A DNA stretch of 64,000 nt. Origin: an uncultured Candidatus Saccharibacteria bacterium. Its GTDB lineage: Bacteria; Patescibacteriota; Doudnabacteria; UBA920. The notes under the pieces were generated by a model. That model was not told where the DNA came from, searched no databases, and saw only the letters and a list, made by a program, of their open reading frames with translations. Every line of letters starts with the position of its first letter. The first letter of the stretch is position 1. This document shows positions 7,771 to 16,334 of the stretch, piece by piece. The translations under genes were made by a program, and so were the position numbers. The DNA lies in assembly GCA_964532005.1 (NCBI GenBank), contig CAZHER010000001.1:55502-119501 (forward strand). Direction: 5' to 3'.

Positions 7771-9834
7771 ATGCTTTTACTAGACGGCTCCAATAACAAA
7801 TCTGGGGGTGATTCATTCAAAAAATATTTGGCAGACCAGGCTAAAAGAGAAGTTTTGAATCGCTCTCAAGATTACTTAAACGAAAACTTCTCCGACAGCG
7901 GAGATGATTTTGATTTTTCTGACGCTTTAGACGGAGGGTCGATTAAGGATTCCTTAAAATCCAACTTGAAGAAGCGGGCGAAAAAAGAAATAATTGGCCG
8001 TTCCCAAGATTACTTAAACAAAAATCTCTCCGACAGCGGAGATGATTTTGATTTTTCTGCATTAGATCAAGGGAGCTCGGTAAAAGATGTTCTAAAAGAT
8101 AATTTGAAGAAGCGGGCGAAAAAAGAGTTACTGCAAAGATCCCAAGACTATTTAAATGAAAAAAATCCTTTTGGTGAAGAAGGGGGAGGAAAGTTTGATT
8201 TTGCAGATAATGCCGGTGATAAGTCTCTAAAACAAATTTTTAAGGACAACGCAAAGGATATAGCTAAAGATCAATTGGCAAAACAAGGAGAAAGACTTTT
8301 TGATTATGCTCAAGAACAAAATCCCAGACTAGGAGGTTTGCGAGAAGCGTTTTATGATCCCAAAAATGACGACTTTTCCAAAAGATTTGCTGGAATTAAA
8401 GGCACAAATAAAGAAAAAATAAAAAAGCAGGTAGAACAAATACTGGACGAAGAGGGTAAAGAAGCTTTAAAGAAAAGGATTAAAAAAGAGATTGAACAGT
8501 ATTTAGAAAAATATGGAAAAAGGACTGCAACTGAGGAGGCACAACATTTAGCTAACAAAGGATTAAAGTATGGGGTCAGGAGAGGTGTTACCAAAACTGC
8601 AAAAACTGCTGTTAAGACAGGTATAGAATCAGCTGCAAAAACTGGAATCAAAGCCGGAGCCAATGTTGGTGCCAAGGTTGGGGCTACGGCAACAGCAGAA
8701 GTCGGCTTGGAAGCAGGTGCAGAATTCTTAGGAGCAGCCGGTGCTGTAGAAACTTTCGGCATCAGCGAAATACTTGCACAGCTAATTGTTATTGCAATAA
8801 GTTTGGGTATATCAGATGCAATTGATGGTGCGGAATGTTTATTGAAAAGGGATTACAAGCAAGCTTTTCATTTTTTCTTGCGAGCCGCAACTAAAATAGG
8901 AGTTTTTATTTTATTTATAGTAATTACAATAATAAGTTTTGCTATTTTAAATATTTTTGGTTTATTAATACCAGTTATCTTAATCGATCTGTATTGGTCG
9001 CTTAGTGCTATTCCTTTTGTACAAGATATGGCTTTGGCTCAAGGTTTAGTTTGGTGGGAAAAGCTAATTATAGTGTTAATGAACCTGTTAATAATTTTTG
9101 CCATAGGTTTGTATACCCTAATGGGCTTGTATATTTGGTGTAATATAGGGTCATTGGCAGGTACTACTGTTGGGGGACCTGTTGGCACAGTGATCGGGGG
9201 AGTAATAGATACGGCAACAACAGCAAAAGGGTCTTATTGTGAAGCGTTTCAAAAAGTGGGCTCCAGCACAGGAGGTTCAGGAGGGGGTCAAACTGGGGAT
9301 GGAGGCGGAGGCCAGACTGGCGGCCAGATCCCATCGGGAATGGTAGATGCTAAAACCGTGGTGCCGGACTTAGTGGTGGAAATGCGTTATGCCACGACCA
9401 ACAATTTCATGAACAAAGTTTTGTATAAAGCAGAGGGCACGCCAGGAAACAGGTGTTTGCTCAAAAGTTCGGTTGCTGATAATTTAAAGAAAGCACAAAC
9501 TGCCCTGGCGCAAAAAACCCCTGCAGGAATGAAGTTAAAGGTTTTGGATTGCTACAGGCCTGTTGAAGTACAACAAGAAATGTATGACTGGGGCAAGCCG
9601 TTGGGACATGTCCCAAAATACATTGCTGAACCAGGAAGCGGCAAGCATCCAAAAGGTGAAGCTATTGACTTAACTATAGTAGACAGTAGCGGAAAAGAAC
9701 TTTCTATGCCTTCAGATTTTGACGAGTTTTCTTCTAGAGCAGGCGGTTCAAATGCCAACTCACGCATTTTGGAACAGGTTATGGGAGCGGGCGGATTGAG
9801 CCGTATAGCCAGCGAGTGGTGGCACTTTAATTAA
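7771..9834 (+). CDS. membrane-embedded cell-wall hydrolase fusion: N-terminal acidic tandem repeats, polytopic TM segment, Gly-rich linker, C-terminal peptidase M15 (VanX/D-Ala-D-Ala dipeptidase-like) domain
   Basis: Three ~47-aa repeats (RSQDYLN.N.SDSGDDFDFS...). Three to four hydrophobic helices. A GGSGGGQTGDGGGGQTGG linker. The C-terminal EMRYATTNNF...EAIDLTIVD region resembles VanX-type M15 zinc peptidases. Confidence 0.6.
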   Translation: MLLLDGSNNKSGGDSFKKYLADQAKREVLNRSQDYLNENFSDSGDDFDFSDALDGGSIKDSLKSNLKKRAKKEIIGRSQDYLNKNLSDSGDDFDFSALDQGSSVKDVLKDNLKKRAKKELLQRSQDYLNEKNPFGEEGGGKFDFADNAGDKSLKQIFKDNAKDIAKDQLAKQGERLFDYAQEQNPRLGGLREAFYDPKNDDFSKRFAGIKGTNKEKIKKQVEQILDEEGKEALKKRIKKEIEQYLEKYGKRTATEEAQHLANKGLKYGVRRGVTKTAKTAVKTGIESAAKTGIKAGANVGAKVGATATAEVGLEAGAEFLGAAGAVETFGISEILAQLIVIAISLGISDAIDGAECLLKRDYKQAFHFFLRAATKIGVFILFIVITIISFAILNIFGLLIPVILIDLYWSLSAIPFVQDMALAQGLVWWEKLIIVLMNLLIIFAIGLYTLMGLYIWCNIGSLAGTTVGGPVGTVIGGVIDTATTAKGSYCEAFQKVGSSTGGSGGGQTGDGGGGQTGGQIPSGMVDAKTVVPDLVVEMRYATTNNFMNKVLYKAEGTPGNRCLLKSSVADNLKKAQTALAQKTPAGMKLKVLDCYRPVEVQQEMYDWGKPLGHVPKYIAEPGSGKHPKGEAIDLTIVDSSGKELSMPSDFDEFSSRAGGSNANSRILEQVMGAGGLSRIASEWWHFN
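7858..8290 (+). repeat. in-frame tandem DNA repeats (about 3 x ~140 bp) inside the CDS 7771-9834
   Basis: Near-identical nucleotide blocks: cgttcccaagattacttaaac...gacagcggagatgattttgatttttctg...ttgaagaagcgggcgaaaaaag. Confidence 0.7.
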
Positions 9835-9848
9835 CAGCAATAAAGATT

Positions 9849-10667
9849 ATGGATAATTTACCACATAACAACCCAGAAGCGGTTACTGAGTCAGAATCGG
9901 AACAAGATTACAAACATGATTATCGGGATAGGGAAATCGGCCGACAGTATTTTCCTATTGCTGCCTATGTTGGAATTATTGTAGCAATATTGGTGGGAGC
10001 TCTGATTATCGGTTTTAGTATTATAATTTCTTCAGGAAAGTATCCTCAATTGGCTGGCGATCGAGATAGTAAGCTGGCCGGGCCATCTGTCAACACAGGC
10101 TCGCAAATACAAAACGTTCCCCCAAATGCTGAAATAAAATTATTAGATGAGTACCCGTTTATGGGTTCAAAAGACGCCCCTATTACCATGGTGGAATTTG
10201 CAGATTTTCAGTGCCCATTCTGCAAGGAGTTTCATGATAAAGCTTTGGGGAAAATAAAGTCGGAGTATGTTGATTCAGGAATTGTTAAATTTTATTTTTT
10301 ACATTTTCCTTTTCTCGGGTCTGAATCGAACGCAGCAGCTGCCGCAGCCGAGTGCGCCAGACAGCAAAATAAGTTTTGGGAATTTCACGATCTATTGTAC
10401 AAGAATCAAGGGATGGAAAACGGCGGAGCTTTTGAAGATAAAGCTTTGTTAAAATTGGCAGGCCAATTAGAGTTAAATCTGGACAAATTTAATTCTTGCA
10501 GGGCCAACCCCAAAACAGCGGAAGCAGTAAAACAGCAACTAGATATAGGCCAGCAGCATGGGGTTGAGGCCACACCCACGGTTTTCATCAATGGAGCAAA
10601 ATATGAAGGTTCTAATCCTTTTTCAGCTTATCAGAGCTTAATAGAGGTGCTGAAAAGTAAAAAATAA
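9849..10667 (+). CDS. membrane-anchored DsbA-like thiol-disulfide oxidoreductase (thioredoxin fold)
   Basis: N-terminal TM helix. CPFC active site in the context FADFQCPFCKEFHDK. Confidence 0.7.
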   Translation: MDNLPHNNPEAVTESESEQDYKHDYRDREIGRQYFPIAAYVGIIVAILVGALIIGFSIIISSGKYPQLAGDRDSKLAGPSVNTGSQIQNVPPNAEIKLLDEYPFMGSKDAPITMVEFADFQCPFCKEFHDKALGKIKSEYVDSGIVKFYFLHFPFLGSESNAAAAAAECARQQNKFWEFHDLLYKNQGMENGGAFEDKALLKLAGQLELNLDKFNSCRANPKTAEAVKQQLDIGQQHGVEATPTVFINGAKYEGSNPFSAYQSLIEVLKSKK

Positions 10668-10673
10668 AATTGC

Positions 10674-10699
10674 TTGACCGGGCATAAATATGTTATAAT
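10674..10699 (+). promoter_or_regulatory. putative sigma70-type promoter with extended -10 (TGtTATAAT) and a TTGACC -35-like hexamer
   Basis: ttgacc at 10674-10679 and tgttataat at 10691-10699, about 35 nt upstream of the ATG at 10733. The spacer is short (14 nt) but is compensated by the extended -10. Confidence 0.4.
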
Positions 10700-10732
10700 T
10701 TAGCCAGTAATTATTCTTTAGAAACAAAAATA

Positions 10733-11893
10733 ATGAATAAAAAAGCTATAGCCATACTCGGGGGAATATTCCTTTTGATTGTATTGGCTCTGGGTTTGCT
10801 TATATTCCTAAGGTCACGAAATTCCAGCGACAACACAAATCAGAATTCTAATGATCAAGTTCAGGTTCCTGACCCTCAAAATAATACTGAACCAGAACCT
10901 GAACCAGAACAGCCTAGTGTCAACAGGGCAGAAAAACTTACCGACGGCGATGTTGTGGCTCCTGCGTTGTATTACAACGGACAAGGGATTTCTTATTTTG
11001 ACCAGCAGGGCCGTTTGTTTACCACCGACCTAGAAACTTCCGGCGATAAGGTATTGCTCAGCAACAAACGAGAAATTACCATCCCTTTGAAAGCCAACAT
11101 GATTAATGTTTATTGGGCACCGTCGGGACAAAATTTTATTGCTGAGTTGCAGTCCGGTGGAAAATCTATTTGGAGCTATTATGACGGCACCAAAGGATCA
11201 TATGTAGATATACCGTCACAAGTTCAGTCATTGGATTGGTTTGGCACAAGCGGAAAAATTTTGTTTGTCTGGCAGGATGAAACAGGAAAAGCTTATCTCA
11301 ATTCAGGAAACCCAGATACTACTGAATATCAAGTCTTAACTGACTTGTACGAGGCAGACAATAAGATTGTTGTTTCCCCTAACGGACGCAGTGTTTTATT
11401 TTACCGCTTTAACAATGCCGGAACCCAAAATTCTATCAATTTTGTTTCCCCTGACGGCAAAGTGTTCAAATCCATTGTAAAAGAAGGATATAATACGGGT
11501 GTAAAATGGTCTCCTGACAGCAACAAGTTCTTGTTCAATAGAAGAGATCCCGCAACTCAAAAGTTAGCACTATGGGTAGGAGATCTGACTTCAGGTGAGA
11601 TAAAAAGCTTGAACGTTGAAACTACTTTAGAAAAAACGGTATGGTCACGAGACGGACAAAATGTGTACGCCGCTGTGCCGAATAAAGGAATAGCCGGACA
11701 AGGCTTAACAGAAGACGTGCTATATAAAATAACAGTTTCCAGCACCCTGAGACAGCAATATGATTTCGGTGTGCCTGCTGACGCCAGAAATATGTTTGTT
11801 GACCAATCCGAGAGTAAGATTTTCTTCAAAAATTATCAAGATCAATATTTGTACTATTTCAACGTTCAAAATAGTTCAAACTCAGGACAGTAG
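10733..11893 (+). CDS. secreted/membrane-anchored beta-propeller (PD40/TolB-like repeat) protein
   Basis: N-terminal TM/signal. Repeated WAPSGQ / SPNGRS / WSPDSN motifs typical of PD40-like propeller blades. Confidence 0.45.
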   Translation: MNKKAIAILGGIFLLIVLALGLLIFLRSRNSSDNTNQNSNDQVQVPDPQNNTEPEPEPEQPSVNRAEKLTDGDVVAPALYYNGQGISYFDQQGRLFTTDLETSGDKVLLSNKREITIPLKANMINVYWAPSGQNFIAELQSGGKSIWSYYDGTKGSYVDIPSQVQSLDWFGTSGKILFVWQDETGKAYLNSGNPDTTEYQVLTDLYEADNKIVVSPNGRSVLFYRFNNAGTQNSINFVSPDGKVFKSIVKEGYNTGVKWSPDSNKFLFNRRDPATQKLALWVGDLTSGEIKSLNVETTLEKTVWSRDGQNVYAAVPNKGIAGQGLTEDVLYKITVSSTLRQQYDFGVPADARNMFVDQSESKIFFKNYQDQYLYYFNVQNSSNSGQ

Positions 11894-11909
11894 TAATTTT
11901 TAAAATATT

Positions 11910-11950
11910 CACCCCTTCTTTCTTTTAAGAAGGGGTGTTATTATTTATTT
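11910..11950 (+). terminator. rho-independent terminator
   Basis: 9-bp perfect stem caccccttc/gaaggggtg with a 10-nt loop, followed by ttattatttattt. Confidence 0.6.
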
Positions 11951-13297
11951 ATGAAAGAAAAAACAGTATATTTTTGTACAAATTGCAATTTTCAAACTCC
12001 TAGATGGCAGGGAAAATGTTCTGAATGTGGTGAATGGAACACTTTTGAAGAAAGAGTCATAACAACCTCTAAATCAAAAAATTCCTCTTATTCAAGCTTG
12101 AATTCGGGAAAGATTGTATCTTTAAGCCAGGTGGGCGATATGAAATTCGAGCGTTTAAGTTCTGGAATAGGAGAACTGGATAATGTGCTGGGTGGAGGCA
12201 TAGTTCCCGGAAGCTTGTTGCTATTGGGGGGAGACCCAGGAATTGGCAAGTCCACCTTGGCTTTGCAAGTGGCTTTGAACATGGGTTCTGCCAACGGAAC
12301 CGTTTTATATATATCTGGGGAAGAATCAGCACAGCAAATAAAAATGAGGAGCAGAAGAATTCCAAGCGGAACCGATATACAAATTTTAGGGGAAACTAAC
12401 TTGGAGACTATCCTAGATGTTTTGGTGAATACTAAGCCTAGTATAGCAATTATAGATTCCATTCAAACGTTGAACTCCCAAGAAATTGGCGGTGTGGTCG
12501 GCGGGGTAAGCCAACTTAGTTATTGCACCAATGCTTTAATGCGAGTAGCAAAAGAGAACCATATTGCAATTTTGCTTATTGGGCACGTAACCAAAGAGGG
12601 AATGCTGGCAGGGCCAAAAACAATTGAACATATGGTGGATACGGTTTTGTATTTGGAAGGGGATCGTTTTTTAACTTTGCGTCTACTGCGTAGCAGTAAA
12701 AATAGATTCGGAAGTGTCGGAGAAGTTGGTGTGTTCGAGATGACTGAACAGGGGTTGAAAGAAGTAGTCAATCCATCATTGCTGTTTTTGGAAAACCGGG
12801 GATCGGCACTGCCCGGAAGTTGCGTCGCAGCAGTACTAGAAGGGAATAAGACACTGTTTCTAGAAGTACAAGCACTGACCAGTCCCTCTTCTTTCGGCTA
12901 TCCAAAGCGTGCTACGTCAGGCTTCGATGTAAACAGACTACAGTTGCTTTTGGCTATCCTGCAAAAAAGCTTAAAACTCGAACTGAATGCCCACGATGTG
13001 TACATAAATGTTGCAGGAGGTTTTAAAATCCAGGAAAGAGCAGCAGACCTAGCAGTGGTGATGGCAGTGCTCTCATCTTTTAAAAACAGAGCTTTACCTG
13101 AAGATTTGGTTGCTTTTGGTGAAATTGGCCTACTTGGAGAATTGCGCGCTGTTAGCCAATCAGATCGTAGGCTAAAAGAAGCTCAAAAATTATCTTTTAA
13201 AAACATTATTATAGGAGGACAGGCAAAAGGGGTCTCAAAAGATAAATCAGTGTTTTCGGTTTCAAAAATACAAGAGTTGGTGAAGTTTTTAGGATAA
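11951..13297 (+). CDS. radA: DNA repair protein RadA/Sms
   Basis: N-terminal C4 zinc finger (CTNCNFQTPRWQGKCSECGEW). RecA-like Walker A GDPGIGKST. Lon-like C-terminal domain. Confidence 0.9.
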   Translation: MKEKTVYFCTNCNFQTPRWQGKCSECGEWNTFEERVITTSKSKNSSYSSLNSGKIVSLSQVGDMKFERLSSGIGELDNVLGGGIVPGSLLLLGGDPGIGKSTLALQVALNMGSANGTVLYISGEESAQQIKMRSRRIPSGTDIQILGETNLETILDVLVNTKPSIAIIDSIQTLNSQEIGGVVGGVSQLSYCTNALMRVAKENHIAILLIGHVTKEGMLAGPKTIEHMVDTVLYLEGDRFLTLRLLRSSKNRFGSVGEVGVFEMTEQGLKEVVNPSLLFLENRGSALPGSCVAAVLEGNKTLFLEVQALTSPSSFGYPKRATSGFDVNRLQLLLAILQKSLKLELNAHDVYINVAGGFKIQERAADLAVVMAVLSSFKNRALPEDLVAFGEIGLLGELRAVSQSDRRLKEAQKLSFKNIIIGGQAKGVSKDKSVFSVSKIQELVKFLG

Positions 13298-13300
13298 GTC

Positions 13301-15355
13301 TCATTCTTGGTGAGTAACTGATATTATAGGCTCTATTTTTTGAAGAAGAAGTGGGAAGCGAGCAAGGCTTTTGTCCTGTTTAAACAGAGCTGTTGCTGCG
13401 ATTTGGGCTATTTCAGCCATTTCTGAAGTGAAATATCTGGAAAATTGGAAAGAAAATCCACTTTGTTCAGTTCCAAACAGATTACCAAAACCTCTTTGCT
13501 TCAGATCTTGTTCTGCTAAAGCAAATCCGTCCAAACAGTTGGCGAAAAATTTCAATCTTTCATAATTTTTGGCATCTCCAGAGCTCGAAAACAATGCACA
13601 AAAACTTTTTTGTCCTGCACGGCCAACCCTGCCTCTTAGTTGGTGGAGTTGGGCAAGTCCAAATCTTTCTGCTCCTTCAATAATAATCCAGCTTGCCCGT
13701 GGAATATCTATGCCAATTTCAATGACCGAAGTTGCTACTAATATTTTTATTTTTCCTTGACTGAATTCTGACATCACTTGCTCTTTATCAACTCCTTTCA
13801 TTGATCCATATAGCAGCCCCATCGGAATATTTTTAAATGGTCCCGATTTTAGTTTTTCATATTCTTCCTTTACGGATTTAATTTGCGAAGTCTCACTATC
13901 TTCAACTCTAGGTGTGACAATGAATGCCTGCTCGCCATTCTTGATGGCATCGATTAGTACTGAATAAATTTTTTGTCGGTCACTTTCTTGAGCAAGAAGA
14001 GTGGAAATTTTTTTTGTCCCAGAGGGTATAGTGTAGAGAGTTGAAATTTTTAAGTTACCGTAAAACGACAACGCTAGGGTTCTGGGAATTGGTGTTGCCG
14101 ACATGGATAGAAGATGAGGGACAAGTTTTTGATACTGCACTTGCTTAAGCACAAAAGATCGTTGGTTTACTCCAAACCTGTGCTGCTCGTCAATAATTGC
14201 CAATCCCAACTTGTTAAAACTTACTTCTTTTTGGAGAATTGCGTGTGTACCAATTAAAATTTGTATTGATCCTGACGCGGTTTTTTCCAATAGCTCCGCT
14301 TTGTTTTTTACATTGGTACCGTTGGATTCAGCGAAATTCTTAGTTAAAAATCCGATAGAGCATTCTGGTAGAAATTTTTTAAAATATGTATAGTGCTGGG
14401 AAGCAAGTATTTCCGTCGGTGCAAGAACACAGGTTTGCCAACCGGAAATTGCATTGTTTAACGCTGCCAAGACCGCCACCAAAGTTTTTCCACTACCAAC
14501 ATCGCCTTGTAACAGACGAACCATTTGTTCGCCTGACGATAGGTCTTGCATAATGTCCCACAAAGCTCTTTTTTGGCTAGCAGTAAGCTGGAACGGCAAA
14601 GTTTTTAGAGTTTTGGCAACCTGTTCGGTTTGCAATTCTATTGGCGGTGCAGACACTTTTGCTTGTCTGGATTGCTGTAATCCAGCCGCCAATTGGTGTA
14701 CAAACAGCTCTTCAAAAGCTATTCGGTTTTTGGCCAGCTCCAGTTCTTGATCGTTGTCTGGAAAATGAAGGTCTAGTATTGTCTTATTTATATTGGGTAG
14801 GCGATATTTTTTTAATATTTTCTTTGGAAGTATTTCGGGTTCTTGCTCTGCATAAGGCAATGCTGAAGTAATGATGTTTCTCAGAGTTTTGTTTGAAATC
14901 ACCGAACTGCCCGAATAAACAGGTACAAGTCGACCTGTATGTACTGAATCGGAGCTCAGCTTTTCATAAATAGGATTCTGTAACTGCAAAACATTTTTGT
15001 AGTAAGTAGCGGTCCCAGCTAGGGCAATGTCGTCGCCGGCAGAAAGGGCTTTGGCAATATAGGGTTGGTTAAACCAAATTATTTTAATGGATCCTGTTTT
15101 ATCGGATACAACTGCTTCCGAGCGACTCATTCGTCCCCGGAAAGCAAAAGACGCTGAGACGGATTTTACCTGTCCCCGTATTGTCACAGCTTGCCCCGTT
15201 TTGATTTTTGAGATGGAAACTATTTGCCTAAAATCTAAATATCGCAAAGGAAAATGCCAAAGCAAATCCTTTATGGTATTAATTCCTATTTTTTCAAGAT
15301 TTTTGGCAACAGCAGGACCAACTTTGGGTAGAATTGTGACTGGATCGTGTGTCAT
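13301..15355 (-). CDS. recG: ATP-dependent DNA helicase RecG
   Basis: DVGSGKT Walker A, DEQHRFG, SATPIPRTL and the wedge/OB N-terminal region. Length is typical (684 aa). Confidence 0.9.
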   Translation of the reverse strand: MTHDPVTILPKVGPAVAKNLEKIGINTIKDLLWHFPLRYLDFRQIVSISKIKTGQAVTIRGQVKSVSASFAFRGRMSRSEAVVSDKTGSIKIIWFNQPYIAKALSAGDDIALAGTATYYKNVLQLQNPIYEKLSSDSVHTGRLVPVYSGSSVISNKTLRNIITSALPYAEQEPEILPKKILKKYRLPNINKTILDLHFPDNDQELELAKNRIAFEELFVHQLAAGLQQSRQAKVSAPPIELQTEQVAKTLKTLPFQLTASQKRALWDIMQDLSSGEQMVRLLQGDVGSGKTLVAVLAALNNAISGWQTCVLAPTEILASQHYTYFKKFLPECSIGFLTKNFAESNGTNVKNKAELLEKTASGSIQILIGTHAILQKEVSFNKLGLAIIDEQHRFGVNQRSFVLKQVQYQKLVPHLLSMSATPIPRTLALSFYGNLKISTLYTIPSGTKKISTLLAQESDRQKIYSVLIDAIKNGEQAFIVTPRVEDSETSQIKSVKEEYEKLKSGPFKNIPMGLLYGSMKGVDKEQVMSEFSQGKIKILVATSVIEIGIDIPRASWIIIEGAERFGLAQLHQLRGRVGRAGQKSFCALFSSSGDAKNYERLKFFANCLDGFALAEQDLKQRGFGNLFGTEQSGFSFQFSRYFTSEMAEIAQIAATALFKQDKSLARFPLLLQKIEPIISVTHQE

Positions 15356-15398
15356 ATAAAATAAAATAACCTCGCCGTTGTGTTCGAGGTTTTCTTAG

Positions 15399-15474
15399 TG
15401 GTGCTCCCGGCAGGGATCGAACCTACGGCCTTCTCCTCCGGAGGGAGACGCTCTATCCACTGAGCTACGGAAGC
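15399..15474 (-). tRNA. tRNA-Arg (anticodon CCG)
   Basis: Reverse complement GCTTCCGTAGCTCAGTGGATAGAGCGTCTCCCTCCGGAGGAGAAGGCCGTAGGTTCGATCCCTGCCGGGAGCACCA folds as a cloverleaf. The anticodon loop CTCCGGA gives CCG. The 3' CCA is encoded. Confidence 0.85.
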
Positions 15475-15482
15475 CGATTCTT

Positions 15483-15950
15483 CTAAAACCGGAGTTTATG
15501 AATTAGCCGCTGTACAAAAGTTTCTTCTGTGCTGGAATGTTCCGGTACCTCTCTTAGTAAGATTTCCCTAACTGCATCAGGATTTTGGGTTTCTAGTTCT
15601 ACAAGAATAGTGCGGTTAATGTAAGCCGTGGTTTCAATATTTAAAGTTTTGTGATTTTCGTTATCTACAATCCAAAAGTATTTCATTTGGGCGTAGGGGA
15701 TAAAACTCCGCTCTATTCTTATTCCTTCCGATGTCAGACTAATATTAACTTTTCCAGGTTGGTGCATAGCAAAAATTAAAATAAAAATCGCTATAATGCC
15801 TAGACTGATTGCACCAAAATAGTCTTTCTGAAATATTTCAAAAGCAATAATTAGGACCACTATGATCCCCAAAGTCCCATACCAAGCTATATTTTTGGGA
15901 TAGTGTCTAAATTCAGCTGCCTCCCATGACAAGAATGTTGTTTCAGCCAT
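15483..15950 (-). CDS. hypothetical membrane protein (two TM helices plus a small C-terminal domain)
   Basis: ORF with hydrophobic segments GTLGIIVVLIIAFEIF and AISLGIIAIFILIFA. No recognised motif. Confidence 0.45.
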   Translation of the reverse strand: MAETTFLSWEAAEFRHYPKNIAWYGTLGIIVVLIIAFEIFQKDYFGAISLGIIAIFILIFAMHQPGKVNISLTSEGIRIERSFIPYAQMKYFWIVDNENHKTLNIETTAYINRTILVELETQNPDAVREILLREVPEHSSTEETFVQRLIHKLRF

Positions 15951-16083
15951 TTTTATTTCTTAGCTTCTTTCTTAGGTTTTTTCTTGTTCCTATTCTTTTT
16001 TTGAGCGTTATTTCCTTTGGCCATACAGATATTGTTTACATTTATATTATAACACAGGCTAGAAGTAATCTTGCCAGCCAGAC

Positions 16084-16171
<88 letters not shown>

Positions 16172-16334
16172 TAAAAATTCATAGTATTAGCTATATTATA
16201 ACAGTAATTTTATGTATACAAAAACGGCCTTATCTCTAGAATTCGGCCGTTGTTTGTTTTATTTTTCTTTCCGTATTTCAATCATTCCGGAGTGGCTGAC
16301 CAATTTGGTTGGGCAACCAGCCAAGAAAGATGAT

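Noticed and set aside
12069-12771. Minus-strand ORFs (98, 124, 83 aa) inside radA
   Set aside because: Antisense to a confidently identified gene. No motifs.
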